A stretch of DNA of 64,000 nt from Camelus ferus (taxonomy: Eukaryota), in assembly GCF_009834535.1 (NCBI RefSeq), contig NC_045697.1, forward strand, positions 96,908,001 through 96,972,000. The letters run 5' to 3'. Below, piece by piece: positions 39,740 through 53,660 of this stretch. Positions within the stretch are counted from its first letter, which is position 1, and the number at the start of each line of letters is the position of its first letter. The notes under the pieces are model-generated. The model saw only the letters and a list, made by a program, of their open reading frames with translations, was not told the DNA's origin and did no database searches. The translations under genes and the position numbers were made by a program.

Positions 39740-40316
39740 TGTTTGTGCAGGCAGATAGCTAGATACAGGCACAGAAAGGGGGACATAGGCCAAAGGGCAG
39801 CAAACCATGCATCTTGTGAACAAAGGGGTTCTTGGGCAGACAAAGAAAGGCAGGACCCTCCAGACTGACAGGAAACCACACATTTTGATGTGATAAGAGT
39901 CCTGGAGACAGACAAAGGAAGGTGGGAAAAAGCATGAATCTCTGGCTTCAGAATGTAACTTTGGGATCATTCCACACTGCAATAAAATTAGCCTTGCATG
40001 TAAGAAGTAACCATCATGTACTGACACCATGACGCTTCCCATCCAGACTAAATAAGGACAAAAAGCTCTCCTCTCCTCAGGAAGGTGGAGGTGGGATGAA
40101 AAGAAGAAATATAATGGAAAACCACTCCCTCTCCAATGAATATTTCACCCATTCACTGTTACATCCTATATTACCAGCTTGCCAAAGAAACTCAGGGCAG
40201 TTACTCACCTGCATCTGCCTGCTCCCTATCACTTAACAAATCCTCATTTTACTTTCCTGACCTCTGTGTCTCGTCTGTGAATTCTTTCTGTGACAAGAAC
40301 CTCCTCTTTGGTAACA
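39740..40316 (+). mobile_element. ERV1-class solo LTR (5' boundary uncertain)
   Basis: GC-richer block with a TATA-like cctata, a degenerate poly(A) signal and an ERV1-type U5 end: tgtgtctcgtctgtgaattctttctgtgacaagaacc...ggtaaCA. Confidence 0.65.
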
Positions 40317-40869
40317 TCTCTACCACATTTGCTTTTCAAAAAAAAAAAAAAAGAGTCATGGAAAAAAAAAGAAAGTGGCACCAACAGTATCAGGAAGAGA
40401 CAAATATCTTCATGCCCTCTGTTCTTAGATTTTTGGTTTTCCTTAGTTACCAACAGAAAAAATGTGAATCGAATTAGGTAGCCTAAATTGCCACTGTTAC
40501 CCAGGAAACAATTGTATCTTCCTTAGATTCCACTTTTTCCTAGACAGGAGAAGGATAAATTATAAATATTTTATAATTTACTGTTAATACTTTTTTTACA
40601 CAACACTATGGTTTTCAACAGAAGATCCAGGTAAAATTCTCTGCTCTATTCAGAATACCTGTAGTATGGCAAAGTACTTCATTGCCAGTTATGAATGTTG
40701 GAAACAGTATTCTTTTTCTTGCTGTATAAGCCTATGGATTTCATGCTTACAATTTGTGTTGGTCATCATTCAACCTACATGTCAGACAATTAAGTTCTAT
40801 CCAAATTAAAACTTGAAACTCTTAGACTATAAGCTCCATCAGTGAAATAAAAGTGGGTCTACTGAACAC

Positions 40870-41154
40870 TTGCACACACCACCTTGAGCCATTGGACACT
40901 GATGTCACTCCAATCACCATTCTGTGCCTGTGTCATTGATAGTCTTCACTGAGATCAGCTCCCTGCTTCATGTCTGTTATCTTGACTGCTAATTTCACCT
41001 TGGGCTTCTATTGCCTCTAATGTATTAGATGCCACAGGAACTGCCTGCTGTCCAATTATGCACAACTTCAAATACTTTCTTATGCTTCCTAATAAATTAG
41101 TAGTACATAATTTTGTCTTAGACTCTAGTTTCTGAGAAATTCAGTCTGAGACTG
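40870..41154 (+). mobile_element. LTR16-like ERVL LTR fragment
   Basis: cctaataaatt...tgtcttagactctagtttctgagaaattcagtctgagac resembles the LTR16 3' end. Confidence 0.5.
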
Positions 41155-41385
41155 TGGTGTATATCGCCTTTAAGATCATGGACTTTGAAATCCAGTAAAC
41201 CTGAAATTATTTCAAGCTGTGCTTTTGGAAACATTACTCAAATTCTTTGAATTTTTTCCTTTAAGTAAAATGGAAATAACAAGACTTATTTCACTGAACT
41301 TTGGCAGCAATGAAGAGGAAAGGACAGGCAAAACTTTCAACAGAATGCCTAACATATAATAAGAGCACAATAATATACTCTAGCT
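41155..41385 (+). mobile_element. MIR SINE
   Basis: taagatcatggactttgaaatcca...ttactcaaattctttgaa...gtaaaatggaaataacaa...cagaatgcctaacatataataagagcacaataa. Confidence 0.75.
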
Positions 41386-41989
41386 ACTTAGGGACCATTG
41401 ACAATTACTCTTTCGCCTGTTTTCTGAATTCTACACAAAACTGTATTTGGAAAGAACATCTGTGAGCTAAATAAAATTAAGAAATTTATTTTAGAATTTA
41501 CACATACACAATGCAATGAAGTATGCTGAGGAAAATCTGAAGTGGGATGGTATTTTTAAAAAATACTATATACATACTTAAAGATAAGAAAGCACATAAA
41601 ATTATTTCGAAAAAGTTTGCCTTAGACAGTGTGTTAAATACTGGCCTTATCATATGGTTGTGAGGACTTAATTAGAAAATCCATTTGAAGCGCTTAACAT
41701 AGTTTCTGTCATATTGTAAGTAATACTTATTATCATCATACATAATTGATCAATAAAACAATGAAATTTTATTACTTTGGCTTCTTTAATCTTTTCAGCA
41801 TCACTTTGTCGTAAAGGGGATTTGTTAATTTACAAAATTATGAAAAATAAAAGACACTGAGTAAATTAAAGTAACATGAACCATTTAATGTACAAAATCA
41901 TTATATCATTTAAAATAATAATTTACATGCAAATGATAAAATGCATGAAGATATCCAGATACTATTTACTTGTTGTAAAATGTTTTAGT

Positions 41990-42212
41990 TACCATCAGCT
42001 GGGCAGTTATTACGTGCCAAGCCTTGTACTCTGCTCTTTATTTGCATGACTGCTAAAAATCCTAACAAACTCTTGAGAAAATTATCACCATTATAAGGCA
42101 TATTAGGAAAGGAACAGGGAAGTTCACAATTTGTCCAAGATCAAGTAGTAAATATTTCTACCAGAATATAACCAAAGCTCTCTGGTTCTAGAGCATGTGT
42201 GTTTAATCAGTA
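41990..42212 (-). mobile_element. MIR SINE, antisense
   Basis: ttattacgtgccaagccttgtact...aatcctaacaaac...aatttgtccaagatca...tctggttctagagc. Confidence 0.7.
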
Positions 42213-43069
42213 TGAATACATAAAAAAAGGAAAGGAAAGGAAAAAGGAAAAATGGATGAAGGTAAGGAAGAAAGGTTAAGAAGGGAGGGAGGAAGGGAAG
42301 GAGGAAATGAGAGAAAGAAGAGCAAATAAGTTCAGGCAGCTTAAATTCAGTTTCTGTCATATAATATCAGTCTTTTCATTTGAAAGAGATAATTCCTAGA
42401 CAAGAAGCCTATTAACCTCTATGCAAATTTAAGTAGGTCACTATTCGACTTTAATTGATTTGGAGTTGTATTTCTATCAATTGATTTATTTCTACTACAA
42501 TTTTCCCTCTGCCTCTTGCATTCAGTTGAAACCCATTTATTGGAGCTATACATGTCAACCTTTAAAGACTAATTTGCCTTCATTAAAAAATGGCAATTCA
42601 GAGTTAATCATAGTTAAAACCTCAAAGAGATTATGGGATGTAATTAGAAGTAATATTTGACATAAACTGTCACTAAAAATGAAATCAAACTAGTTTCACT
42701 AAATAATTACATGTGAATTATATACATGAGATCTGTTATAACTCAGAGAGCCTTAGTAGTGAGGCCTAATGATATAGTACATATAGTACTTGGCCAGGAA
42801 CTTTTTGACAGCAGATAATCCAGAAGTTACTGCTGTCAAACTGGCATTAGATAGTTTTTGTTTTGGTGATACACATTACTGAATCCTAGTTAAGTAGAAA
42901 GTAAATTTTCCAAAAAAATTTTAAGGAAAATATTTTATATGTACCTAAAATTCTTTCTGTAAAGGCAAAAAAAAAAAAAAAAAAAAAAAGACACAGAATC
43001 CTCAAGTCAGATAGATAAAGAACAAGAGTAAGGCACAGACACAAACAGTTTTGTTTCAAAACATATTAT

Positions 43070-43992
43070 ATGGCTAATAGGCACATGAAAAAATGCCCCA
43101 TATCATTAATTATTAGAGAAAGGCAAATCAAAACTTTAAGGAGATATCACCTCAAACCAGTCAGAATGGTGATCATTATAAGCCCACAAATGATAAATGC
43201 TAGAGAGGGTGTGGAGAAAAGAGAACCCTCCCAAACTGTGGGTAGAATGTAGTTTGATGGAGCCATTATAGAAAATAGTATAGATTTTAAGGATATTCCT
43301 TAAAAACTAAAAATAGACTTACCATATGATCAACCAATCCCACCCCTGGGAATATATCTGCAGGAAATTCTAATTCAAAAAGATACATGCATCCCAATGT
43401 TCATGGCAGCACTACTTACTATTGCCAAGACATGGAAGCAAACTAAATGTCCACGGACAGATGACTAGATGAAGAAGTTCTAGCATATATCTATAATGGA
43501 ATACTATTTGGCCATAAAAAGAATAAAATAATGCCATTTGCAGCAACATGGATGGACCTGGAGATTATCATACTATGTGAAGTAAGCCAGAAAGAGAAAG
43601 AAAAATACCATATGATATTACTTACATGTGGAATCTAAAAAAATAACATAAATGAACTTATTTACAAACCAGAAACACACTTACAAACATAGAAAAGAAA
43701 CTTCTGGTTTACAGCAGGGAATGAAGGGATGGGTGGAGGGATAAATAGGGAGTTTTGGATTTGCTGATACTAACTACTATACATCAAATAGATAAACAAT
43801 AAGGTCCTACTGCATAGCACAGGGAATTATATTCAATATCTTGTAATAAACTACAATGAAAAAGAACATGAAAAGGAATATGTATATATATGAAACACTA
43901 TGCTGTACACCAGAAATTAACACAACATTGTAAACCAACTCTACTCCAAAAAGAAATTTTAAAAAAAGAAAAATGAAAATAAAAAAGAAAAA
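43070..43992 (+). mobile_element. Lineage L1, 3' ~0.9 kb with poly(A)
   Basis: [31 protein letters not shown]; same 3'UTR family as 9500-10620 and 61600-62480. Confidence 0.92.
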
Positions 43993-44384
43993 ACCAATTA
44001 ACTAGAAAAAATACTCCCATAGAAACAACAGATAAATACCTAAATTCTACACTGATACAAACATAAAAGGCAGAGACTTCATTGGTACTTAGAGCACTGA
44101 AACAAGATGTAGGCATCACATGGTAATGTCATGGGAGAGGAGCCATGTTTTCTTTAGTCATGATGATCAAAGGGGATTACACTGATACCTTGATAAAAAA
44201 ATAAGTTGCAGATTCATACAATCCACTCTTTATCCTTTAGATTTTGTTGCATTTAAGCATACAAAGTAAATGGAATATACAGTATTTTATCAGTTCTAAG
44301 AACCACATTCTTCCCAAATTTTAGCATTTCTTAAATTGGAGTGACTCACAATCTAAGGTGCATTACCATAACAACTATGAATGG

Positions 44385-44559
44385 TCCTTCATTCCTTCCT
44401 CCCTCCCTCCCTCCCTACCCTCCACTTCGTCTTGTCTGTTCTTTCTTTCTTCCTTTCTTTCTTCCTTCCTTCCTTCCTTCCTTCCTTCCTTTCTTTCTTT
44501 CTTCCTTTCTTTTTCTTTCTTTCTTCCTCTTCCTTCCTTCCTTCCTTCCTTTCTTCCTT
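44385..44559. repeat. (TTCC)/(CTTT) pyrimidine microsatellite
   Basis: Visible directly in the sequence. Confidence 0.95.
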
Positions 44560-44729
44560 GTAGGTTACATATAGGACTGTACTGAGACTAAACAATGTAG
44601 GAGCAAGGGCAGATGTACAGAAAACAGTAAAGGAGTCTACTTGAATAATACAGGTTGGAGACGATTATAATTTGAACTGGTAATAAATGCTCACACTCTA
44701 GTTATTTTTGGAAAGTACTAATTCAAAAT

Positions 44730-45225
44730 ATGGTCTATCTTCATTATTCATAGGTTCCATACTTAAGAATTTGCCTACTAACTAAAATTTGTTTGCAACA
44801 CCCAAATCAATGTTGGGGATGCTTTTGTGATCATTTGTGGACATGTGCATAGCTGCAGAAACTGAGTTGCCCAACGAACAAGTTTCTGGCTGAGGTCAAA
44901 CAAGGAAACAATTTGCTTTCTTATTTCATCTATCACTTTGTAAACACATCTTGTTTTCACCAACTATTTAGTACCACAGTTTTCATATTTTTGTGCTTTT
45001 TGTTAAAAAATGGCCCCCAATTGTAATGCTAAAGTGCTATCTAGAATCCCTAAGTGGAAGAAGGCTACAATGTACTTTTTGGACAAAATACAAGTGTTTG
45101 ATAATGGTTGTTCAGGTATGAGTTTTTGAGCTGTTGGCCCCAGTTAAATGTTAGTGAATCAACAATATATATTAAATAAGATATCTTTAAATAAAAACAC
45201 ACAGAAGACAAGGTAATTTATTTAT
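44730..45225 (+). mobile_element. MER82-like TcMar-Tigger element
   Basis: tcttcattattcataggttccatacttaagaatttgcctactaactaaaattt...gctgaggtcaaacaagg...aaatggcccccaa...aatgttagtgaatcaacaatatatattaaataag. Confidence 0.8.
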
Positions 45226-45239
45226 TCAGCTCACTTCAT

Positions 45240-45960
45240 ATGTGGTGTGAAAAAAAAGAGAAGAGATAATAACTGCAAGGTCTTTGAGCGAATCAACTGA
45301 CATGATGGAGTTGTCATCAATGGCTACAGAAAAGGATATGGATAAAGCTGGTTTCAAGATGAAGAATGAGGGTTTAGTTTTGTCATACTGACTTATGATT
45401 GCAGCATTAGAGTGAAGAGAAGAAACAAAAGAGACTAAGATGGAGCAATTAGTGTGACAAAGAAAGTCTGATGTCCTGGAAGCCAAGTTTAAAAAACAAA
45501 AACAAAAAACAAAACAAAACAAAAAAACCACAACACATCAAGGAGGAGGAAATAAGCCACTGCTGCTCTTTAAGTCAACAAAGATGATGACGTGTAATTG
45601 CTTACTAGATTTAGCAACTTTAATGTTATTGTCAATCTAGTCAAGAACAGTGTCAGTCGAATGGTAGAGGATAAACCTGATTGGAATGCATTAAGGAAGG
45701 AATGGAAGAAGAGGAGTTAGAGACAATTTTTTTGACAATTTTACATTAAAAGAGAACAAACAAGTTCATATCTAGAGTAAAAAGAGTCAAAAAAGTGTTT
45801 TTGTGTCTATTGCACTTAAGATGGGACATAAAAATGTTTGCATGCTCTTGGAAGACATCTAGAAGAGTTATGAAAAAATAATGATGATGTAGGAAATAGA
45901 GGTTTGCTGAAGCAATGTTCATGAATAAGTAAATGAGGAAGAATGAAATTTAGTATATAT
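45240..45960 (-). mobile_element. L2 fragments
   Basis: aaggtctttgagcgaatcaactgacatgatggagttgtcatcaa...gagggtttagttttgtcatactg...ctagatttagcaac...aaacctgattggaatg. Confidence 0.65.
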
Positions 45961-46269
45961 GCGGGGGGGGGTGTGTGTGTTGAATTTAAACAGGACCATC
46001 CTAGTCATAATTCATAGAAGATGCAGAGACAAGATTTGTGATCCCTGACTAGGTTCACAGACATAAATTTAAAATTAAATTTAAAATTTAAATTGAAAAT
46101 TAAGTTTGTTTAATGTATTCTTCCATCTGTATTTAATGGCACACAGTTACGTTTGCAATGAACAGAGCTGGATCTAACCAGGGTTGTAATTTTGCAAATA
46201 TAGCCTGATTATGTTAAAGAAGAAAAAAACACTTGAGGGATATGCAAAGGAGTAATTATGATGTGAACA

Positions 46270-46780
46270 AGTATCATAGCCTGAGGAACCCTGAAAACAG
46301 ATTCTGCAAACCTTACAACCTATTAGGAGTACGGACTCAAAGTAATAAGATGAAGGGAGAGGGGTAATGAGCTAAGAAAGAAAGGGAATAAACTTCTGGG
46401 AAGAAACTACTAGGTTAGCTACAGCTCTCTGAGAATTCACAGCCGGGTAAGGGAATCACTTGAACTCAGAACAGTCTCCACAGTAAGGGAGAAGTATTTA
46501 ACTGCCAATTCATTGCTGTTTGCTGATTCTCAGTGATCAAGTTTGTCCCCTAGGGTGAGTGCTAAGTCTCTACATTTCTGAATTTTGTTCTCCAGCCCTT
46601 CTAGTAGTCAGTGGGGAGTGTGGTCCCCCAAAGCATAGAGCTGCAGCTGAGTCATGGAGTGAAGGGGGGAATCCTTTCATGTCTACAAGGGCGTGGCTAG
46701 GTGGCAAAGGTCCCTGGATCTGCTGAGTCTTTTATGCTTCACAAAGCAGAGTCCATGCTGAGTTGGTACCTTAATAACAA
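46270..46780 (-). mobile_element. Old ERVL LTR (LTR33/LTR16-like)
   Basis: GC-richer block beginning gtatcatagcctgaggaaccctgaaaacagattctg, like an antisense ERVL LTR end. Confidence 0.45.
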
Positions 46781-49700
46781 TAGAACTGGAAATTGATAAG
46801 ATCCACTGCAAATTCTTTAGGTTTTGTTCTACATAAGAATATAAAATGAACAGAATAAATTATATTTCATCAACATGATTGGTAACAGGGAAAATATGAA
46901 TATATGGCTGCAGATGGATAACTTGAAATTACCAAGCAAAATCACGTTGGAGCAGATACAAATTTTGGTAAGACATAATGTCATTTTAATGTAAATAAAA
47001 GAAAGTATTTTTAATAAGTTAGAAAATCCATGGAGCTGAAATAAACTCAGAATTAGCCTTGGTTTCAGTATAATTCATAATTGTACAGTTGAGAACTCTG
47101 ACTCTGCTTTTATCTTCTGTCATATGACTGTAGATGATGTTTTCAGCTATCCTGTGCATATAAAACATAAGGAAAACTATTCAAACCAGTAGTATTTACA
47201 GGAATGCAAATTGGAATAATAAGATTTTGCTTTGCTTAGCCCAATAAATTTCCAAACACACAAATTATATCAGTTTTAATCTATGTTAAGTAAGTTGTAA
47301 ATTGACCCAAATTTCATACAGGAAATTTTATAATATGTATCAAAAACTTTAAATCGTTCACAAGGAAAAAGTAAGTCATATATGCAACATTTTCTGTAGA
47401 AATTTATTTCTTGCATTATGCATTTCAGAGAATAAAATTGCTAAAAGCCAGACTATTCAATAATATTCTCTTAGGTTGTCTAGAAATGAAAAACATTAAA
47501 AAAACTTAATGCACATTTTAAATGATACTGTAAAGATAACTGAAATGTGAAACTTGAGCAAGCAGTGAGCATACAATTGAAAATCAAATATTTGAGGGGA
47601 AAATATTTCAAAAATTTCTCTCAGGTCCTTAAGAAAAAAAATACAGAAGCAAAAGTGACAAGAGGACAGATGACTAGGGATTCAAAAAATATAAATACTG
47701 GGAAATCTTAGAAAAGAAACAAGAGTAGACATAAGAAAAGAATTAGTGAGATGAATAGTAGACATGCATGACATTTTCTATTTTTCTGTTTTGTTGGGTA
47801 TGGTGACAATGGCCCTGCAGGCCGGCATCTCTAATGATAGCATGAAATCACTGATGAGACCCAATACTAAAATATCCTCAACGTTTAAGGAAGTTCCATA
47901 CTTTGCTGCCAAGACATGCTTAGGCACAAATTTCTTTTGTTCTGACTTTAAGATTTAATAAATATGCTTTCGGTGGAAAGAAGAGATGACTAGATACTTA
48001 ACTATCATTGGGTTCAATTTGGAATAATTGTCATTTTTCTGTGATTTCAAATAAACAATAATGATATTTACTTTTAATAGAGAACATTTTGAACATCACA
48101 GCTTTTCTTCAAAGTGACAATTTCTTATATCAAACACAAAACAAAAAAGTCTAATACAGAAAATACTCCATAGAGAGGAAACTGAAAAGAAAGTGCTAGA
48201 TTAGGTCAATAGACAAGTTGTTTTTAAAAACTGGGGATAAATAATTCTCTTATCAATAAACAATGTGATGATTTTAACCCTAAAATAAATGTTTATGGTA
48301 TTAAATATTCATCCATTAACAAAAATATAATGGTACAATTCCATAATAATATTAATCCTATGTTTATTACAATTTGTGGTAAACCAAAGGGAGGATATGT
48401 TCATATATTTATCACATGTTGCATAATCCTAACTATTTAAAACTAAATAGAAGTAAAACATATTGATTGATTGATACCCCAGTATTAATTGGTTAAACAT
48501 TTTTGTGTTCTTCAGAGTTGATTAATACATACTGATGCAAAATTTTAATTTATTTGGAAGAACATATGCTTATGTAATTTATTCCAACTCTGAGATTTGC
48601 ATATTATATGGAAATTTAAAAGGCTGATATTATTTCATATTTTAGGAAGGTTTCATATTAAGTGAGTTATAATGGGATTATAAAATAATCATTTCTGTAG
48701 CAAAATATATTCTAAATCTCACTCAAGATAATAAGGACAGTGCTCTCCCAATCCTTCAAACTGTGGTGTGTGTTTGCTTGTAGAAGAGTGGGACTTCTCT
48801 TTCCTGTGTTGGCTAGTTTAAGATATCAACATTGATTCTAAAACCTGACTGTGAGAGACATTTCCAATTTTATGGGTTCTCTTGGAATTTGTCTGATCCT
48901 CAGAAAGGAGAGAAGGGGTTATCACTCCCAATGTTATAGAGTTTTCCAATATCTTGGAAAAAAGGAGTTTTGGAGTTGTATTGAATTTGCTTTAAGAAAA
49001 AAAACTGTTTTGTTTTGTTTTTATTTGAGTTTTTGGGTTGTGACACTTGCCTTATAAGTATTTTTAAAGTAAATTATACATTTTGGCAAATGATGAATCT
49101 CTACTTCATCATCTACGTTCTCAAGTCACTATACAATTTTGTTTCCAAATCTTAGGATTTTGAATAAAGGAACACTTTTAATTATCTAACTTATTATCAC
49201 AATCCCCACCCCATTCCATCCCCACCTTGCAACAAAATGCTACTTTCAAATATTAGGGATTTTACTTTGGTTTCCAAGATAGGTAATGTTTCTGCCAGGT
49301 TACAGAAAGTGTATTAGAATCTTAAACAACGGCTGGACAGTACCAAAACATAAATATCTTCCACTGTCTAACATAAGTACAATTTATAAATAAGAGGATT
49401 TCCACACAAATGTGAAACTCATTTCATACTTCTGATTTTTCTTTTCTTTCTCTTGGGGCATTGCCTCATCCACTTTAACTAGATAGAAGGAATAGGATGT
49501 TAATATTGATGTGACAGAGTGGTATAGATGTGACAACCCAACTTGTCAATTCCAAAAATATTTATATTTGCTTTCGAAAAGATGAAATATTAAAAGAACA
49601 AAGTGTTAAAAATTAAGTGATAACATCATCTGCTTCATCAACATTACAAAGTGAACCATTGTGGGGTACAGACACTGACAATGACCAAGTGAATACACAC

Positions 49701-50809
49701 ATACAATTTAAATGCCAAAAGCAAAAAGCTAATGGTCTCTCTTAGAATTCTTTGTTGTAATTAACTTAACTTGTAAAACTGAGGATAAAAATAGGAAAAA
49801 AAGGAGTGCATTTAGGAAAGTTTCATAGAAATTTAAGTTTCTAAAGTTAGTAAAGCAATGAGAGACTGAAATTGACAGTTATAACTCTCCATTAAACAAC
49901 CTATTTCAATCCTCAGCAAGTCTTTTTGACTACACATTACATTGCCTTTTATTATCTTAGGCTTGAGCTTGAAAACAGCTTATCATTTGTAGGGGTGAAT
50001 TGTTGAAGAATATCCTAAATGATTCCCTGAGGGAGAAATTATAACTGTTTAAGGAGGATAAGTAAGAATAGAAAAAAATATAGAAAAAATGTCACAGGTC
50101 GCAGTAAATTCAACATTGCCTACATGGGTGTTGGGAGATCACTGTGGGGAAACTGTAGACACAGATTGGCAGAATTATTGATTGAAGACATTAATTTTTG
50201 AATAGAAATGTTGAATTTGGGTTGAGATGCCCAAAGGCCAGCCCATTTTCTTGGCAAGCCCTTCACTCTTCCTGCAGTTTGAGCATAACACCTTCTAAAT
50301 TCAAATACTCTTTCACTTACCACTGAGTGGCAGCTCTCATTTTCAACCTCTCTAAGCAAGCAACCTGCAGTCATCAGTAAAACATAAGTATAAAGTTCCT
50401 CTTAATTCTTAAGACATTTGTTTTCCCATCAGGCAAGCAAGGCTTCTCCTAATTCCTGTCTGCAAACATGGAAGTGGAGTAGCTCCAAGAACTGTTCTGA
50501 TCATAATTTCCTCCCAAAGTGATCAGCACATCAGTGCTAAGTGGCATGCCATCTTAAACATGCCTCTGTAAAGGTTGCTTCCTGTAGGAAGGAAGTAGTG
50601 CTGCTGGATTTGAAATGGGAAAGGAAAACAATTCTCACAGATCATCCTGCCACTTTTCTCTATATATGTAGTTATACTGTATGGTTATTATTTGTGCCTC
50701 TTTTCTCTTTTTTTGGAACTTACAAATTTCTTTTAGGCAAAGAAACAGAAAACAGAAAACTTTCCTCACTCTCTTCCCACGTGACTCAGATAACGCTGGG
50801 TGTAGAAGG

Positions 50810-51231
50810 GGAAATTGAACCAAGTCAAAGCCAAACAATATAATTCCAATCCCTGGCCACACCCATTCATTCTGGGATAAGTCTATGACCTAAATTGGTT
50901 TAATTAATATTAACATTTAGACAAATATGGGCACTGACTAAAAACATACTCCTTTTTTTTTTGTTGTTCCTGATCTGAGGCCTGGGTAATGTACTGGTAT
51001 TTTTGTTGGCAACCATTACACTGAGCTACGAATAAAACCATCTTAGAGTAGAGGGGTAAACAGAAAAGATGGAAAAAGACAGAGATCTGGTGATGTTACG
51101 ACTTCACGTTCATATTCCACCTGAAGCTAATTCTATTTCTATGTTCTTCACTAATGTGAACAAATTCCCTCTCAAGCCAGGTTTAGTTAAGTTTTCTTAT
51201 TCCTTTCTATGGAAACCATCCTAAAAGATAC
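50810..51231 (+). mobile_element. Old MaLR LTR (MLT1K/L-like)
   Basis: ccctggccac...tatgacctaaattgg...aaattccctctcaagccaggtttagttaagttttctt...catcctaaaagataca. Confidence 0.6.
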
Positions 51232-52234
51232 ATTAACTTATCCTATATCAGGCATGAAATGGAAAATAAAACCATGAGCCTAAAGTGAGGAAATGCTTAG
51301 CTAGTATTATAAAGTTCATGAAGATACACACAGAGAAATTCTTTTTGAGGTTGTACTCAGTCATGAATCTGCCCTTTCACTTAAAGGCCATTATGGCTTT
51401 TAGCACCCACTGCCCAAATTTTATCACAGGATATATCATACAGCACTTTCAAGAGAGTTTCTTACAGGCATAAAATGTGGTTGTAATCATCATTTTGTAG
51501 AGTAAAATGCAACTTAGCAAAACACAAATTCTAGCATCTTGTGAAGCTGGGCTACAGTTATATACATAAACAATTAATGATGACTCACTACATAAAGTTT
51601 GAACTTTGAGAAATTGCAGAGACACTGAAAACTGTCTTTGTGATTAAGGATCTGAACCTGCAAGCTCTTATAACTGCATGAAAGAAGTCTCAGCAAAATT
51701 AGAAGGATCAAATATTTTCCATTCCTTCACAGATGAAAGAAAAACATTTATTACTCTGAGTTATATAAAAATAAAGTGTCCTTACATGTATTTTTCTGTT
51801 AAGTAAGTCTCATATGACACCCAAACTTCAGAGAATATTATTCAGTCCTGTGTAACTAAACTTTTAACCATGGATTGATTGTCTTAATATTTTGTCAAGG
51901 TAATAACATTTAATTTGGAATCTCTGATTTCTCAAAGGCACATATCTCTGAGATTCTTCTTTGGTCAGATAGGATTGGAATATCTATCTGCTATATACAT
52001 GAAAGAAACAAACAAAAACACTGTCAGATTTCCTATTTAAATGAAGAGTCTGGGAGTCTTGTTCCATTTAAATGAACCAAGACAAAATAGATGACCTCTC
52101 AAAGCAGCAGTTAGGAGGTTTTAGATTAAGAAATATTTAGATTTGGATTTTATCTCTGCTTCTATATGATTTTTGGGTGAATGAATTAACCTTTATGAGT
52201 CTTAATTTTCTCATCTATAAAATTCATTTGGTTT

Positions 52235-52357
52235 TATGACTCATTTCAAAGAACCAGGTTTTGTTACAATGAGTTTGTCTATTTTCTTTGGTTTCTGTAT
52301 CGTTGATTTTTGCTTTATTCTTTGTGGTTTCTTCTGTTTGCTTTGATTTTCATTTGC

Positions 52358-52388
<31 letters not shown>

Positions 52389-53660
52389 TATTACTGTTTT
52401 ATACTTTTGTTTAAAATAAAACTGAAATGCTATAAATTTCACTTTAAGCATTAATTTAGTTGGATTACACAAACATTTGATATGGTCTATTTTCATTTTC
52501 AATTAGTTCAAATTTTGTCCCTTTAATATCCCTTCAAATTTGCTCTTAACCCATAGGGCATTTAGAAGTGTATTGGTTAATACCCAAATATTCGAGAATT
52601 TCCAAATAACCTTGTTATTAATTCCAAGATTAATTCTATTATGTCAGAAAATTACCTTTACTGCTTCTATTCTTTTTGTGTGTATGGCTTGTTTTATATC
52701 CAAGAATGCTCTGCCTTGGTCAAGAGTTCCACATGTACTTAAAAAGAATGTATATTGGGCTGATATTAAGTAAGTGTTTCATAAATGCCAATTGTGTCAT
52801 TCAGTGTGTTATTTCAGTTCTTTAAAATCCTTACTGTCTTGCTGCTAGTTCTGTCAATTACAGATAAAGGAGTGTTGTAGTCTCCAGCTGTCATTGTAAA
52901 TTTGTCTACTTCTCCTTTCAGTTCTATCAGTTTTTGCTTCATATAATTTACAGCTCTGTCATTAGATATATGCACATATAAATCTGTCATGTCTTCTTGG
53001 AGAATTCACGCTTTTATCATTATGTAATGCCCCTCTTTATTCCTGGTAACATTTCTTGCTCTGAATCTATTCTATCAGATATTAGTATACATAATTAGCT
53101 TTTTTATGATTAGTGATTAGCATAGTATAATGTTTTTCTTTCTTTTCCTTTTAACATTCTTATGCCCACATATTTAAAAAGGGTTTCTTATAGATAGCTT
53201 GTAATTGTTCTTTGCTTATTCAACCTATCCATATTTGTTGCTTATTATCTTTTAACTATCTGTATTTAATGTGTTTATTAATATAGTTAGATTAAAATCT
53301 ATCATATTCCCAGATGTTTTCTGTTTGCTGCATTTGTATCCAGGTTTCCCCCACTCCATTTATGCTTTCTCTAGGTTAATTAAATATTTTACAAAGTTAC
53401 ATTTTATCTACATTACTGACCTACTATGTATAACTATTTTAATTTTTTAGTGGTTGCCCCAGGTTTAAAATATATTTTCTTATTTAATCAGCCTGTTTTC
53501 AAACAATATCATACCACTTCATGTGTAGTGTAAGTACTTTACAACTGTATATTCTCAATTACTCCTATCTTATCCCCTGTACTATTATTGTCATACATTT
53601 TATTTTTACATATTCTGCAAATACATAATACCTTACTATTAGTTTTTCTTCAGTCAGTTA
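52235..53660 (-). mobile_element. Old L1 (L1MC/MD) ORF2 5' and inter-ORF fragment, antisense
   Basis: tttcaaagaaccaggttttg...gctataaatttcactttaagca...aggagtgttgtagtctccagct...ttatcattatgtaatgccctctttattcctggtaa. Confidence 0.85.
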
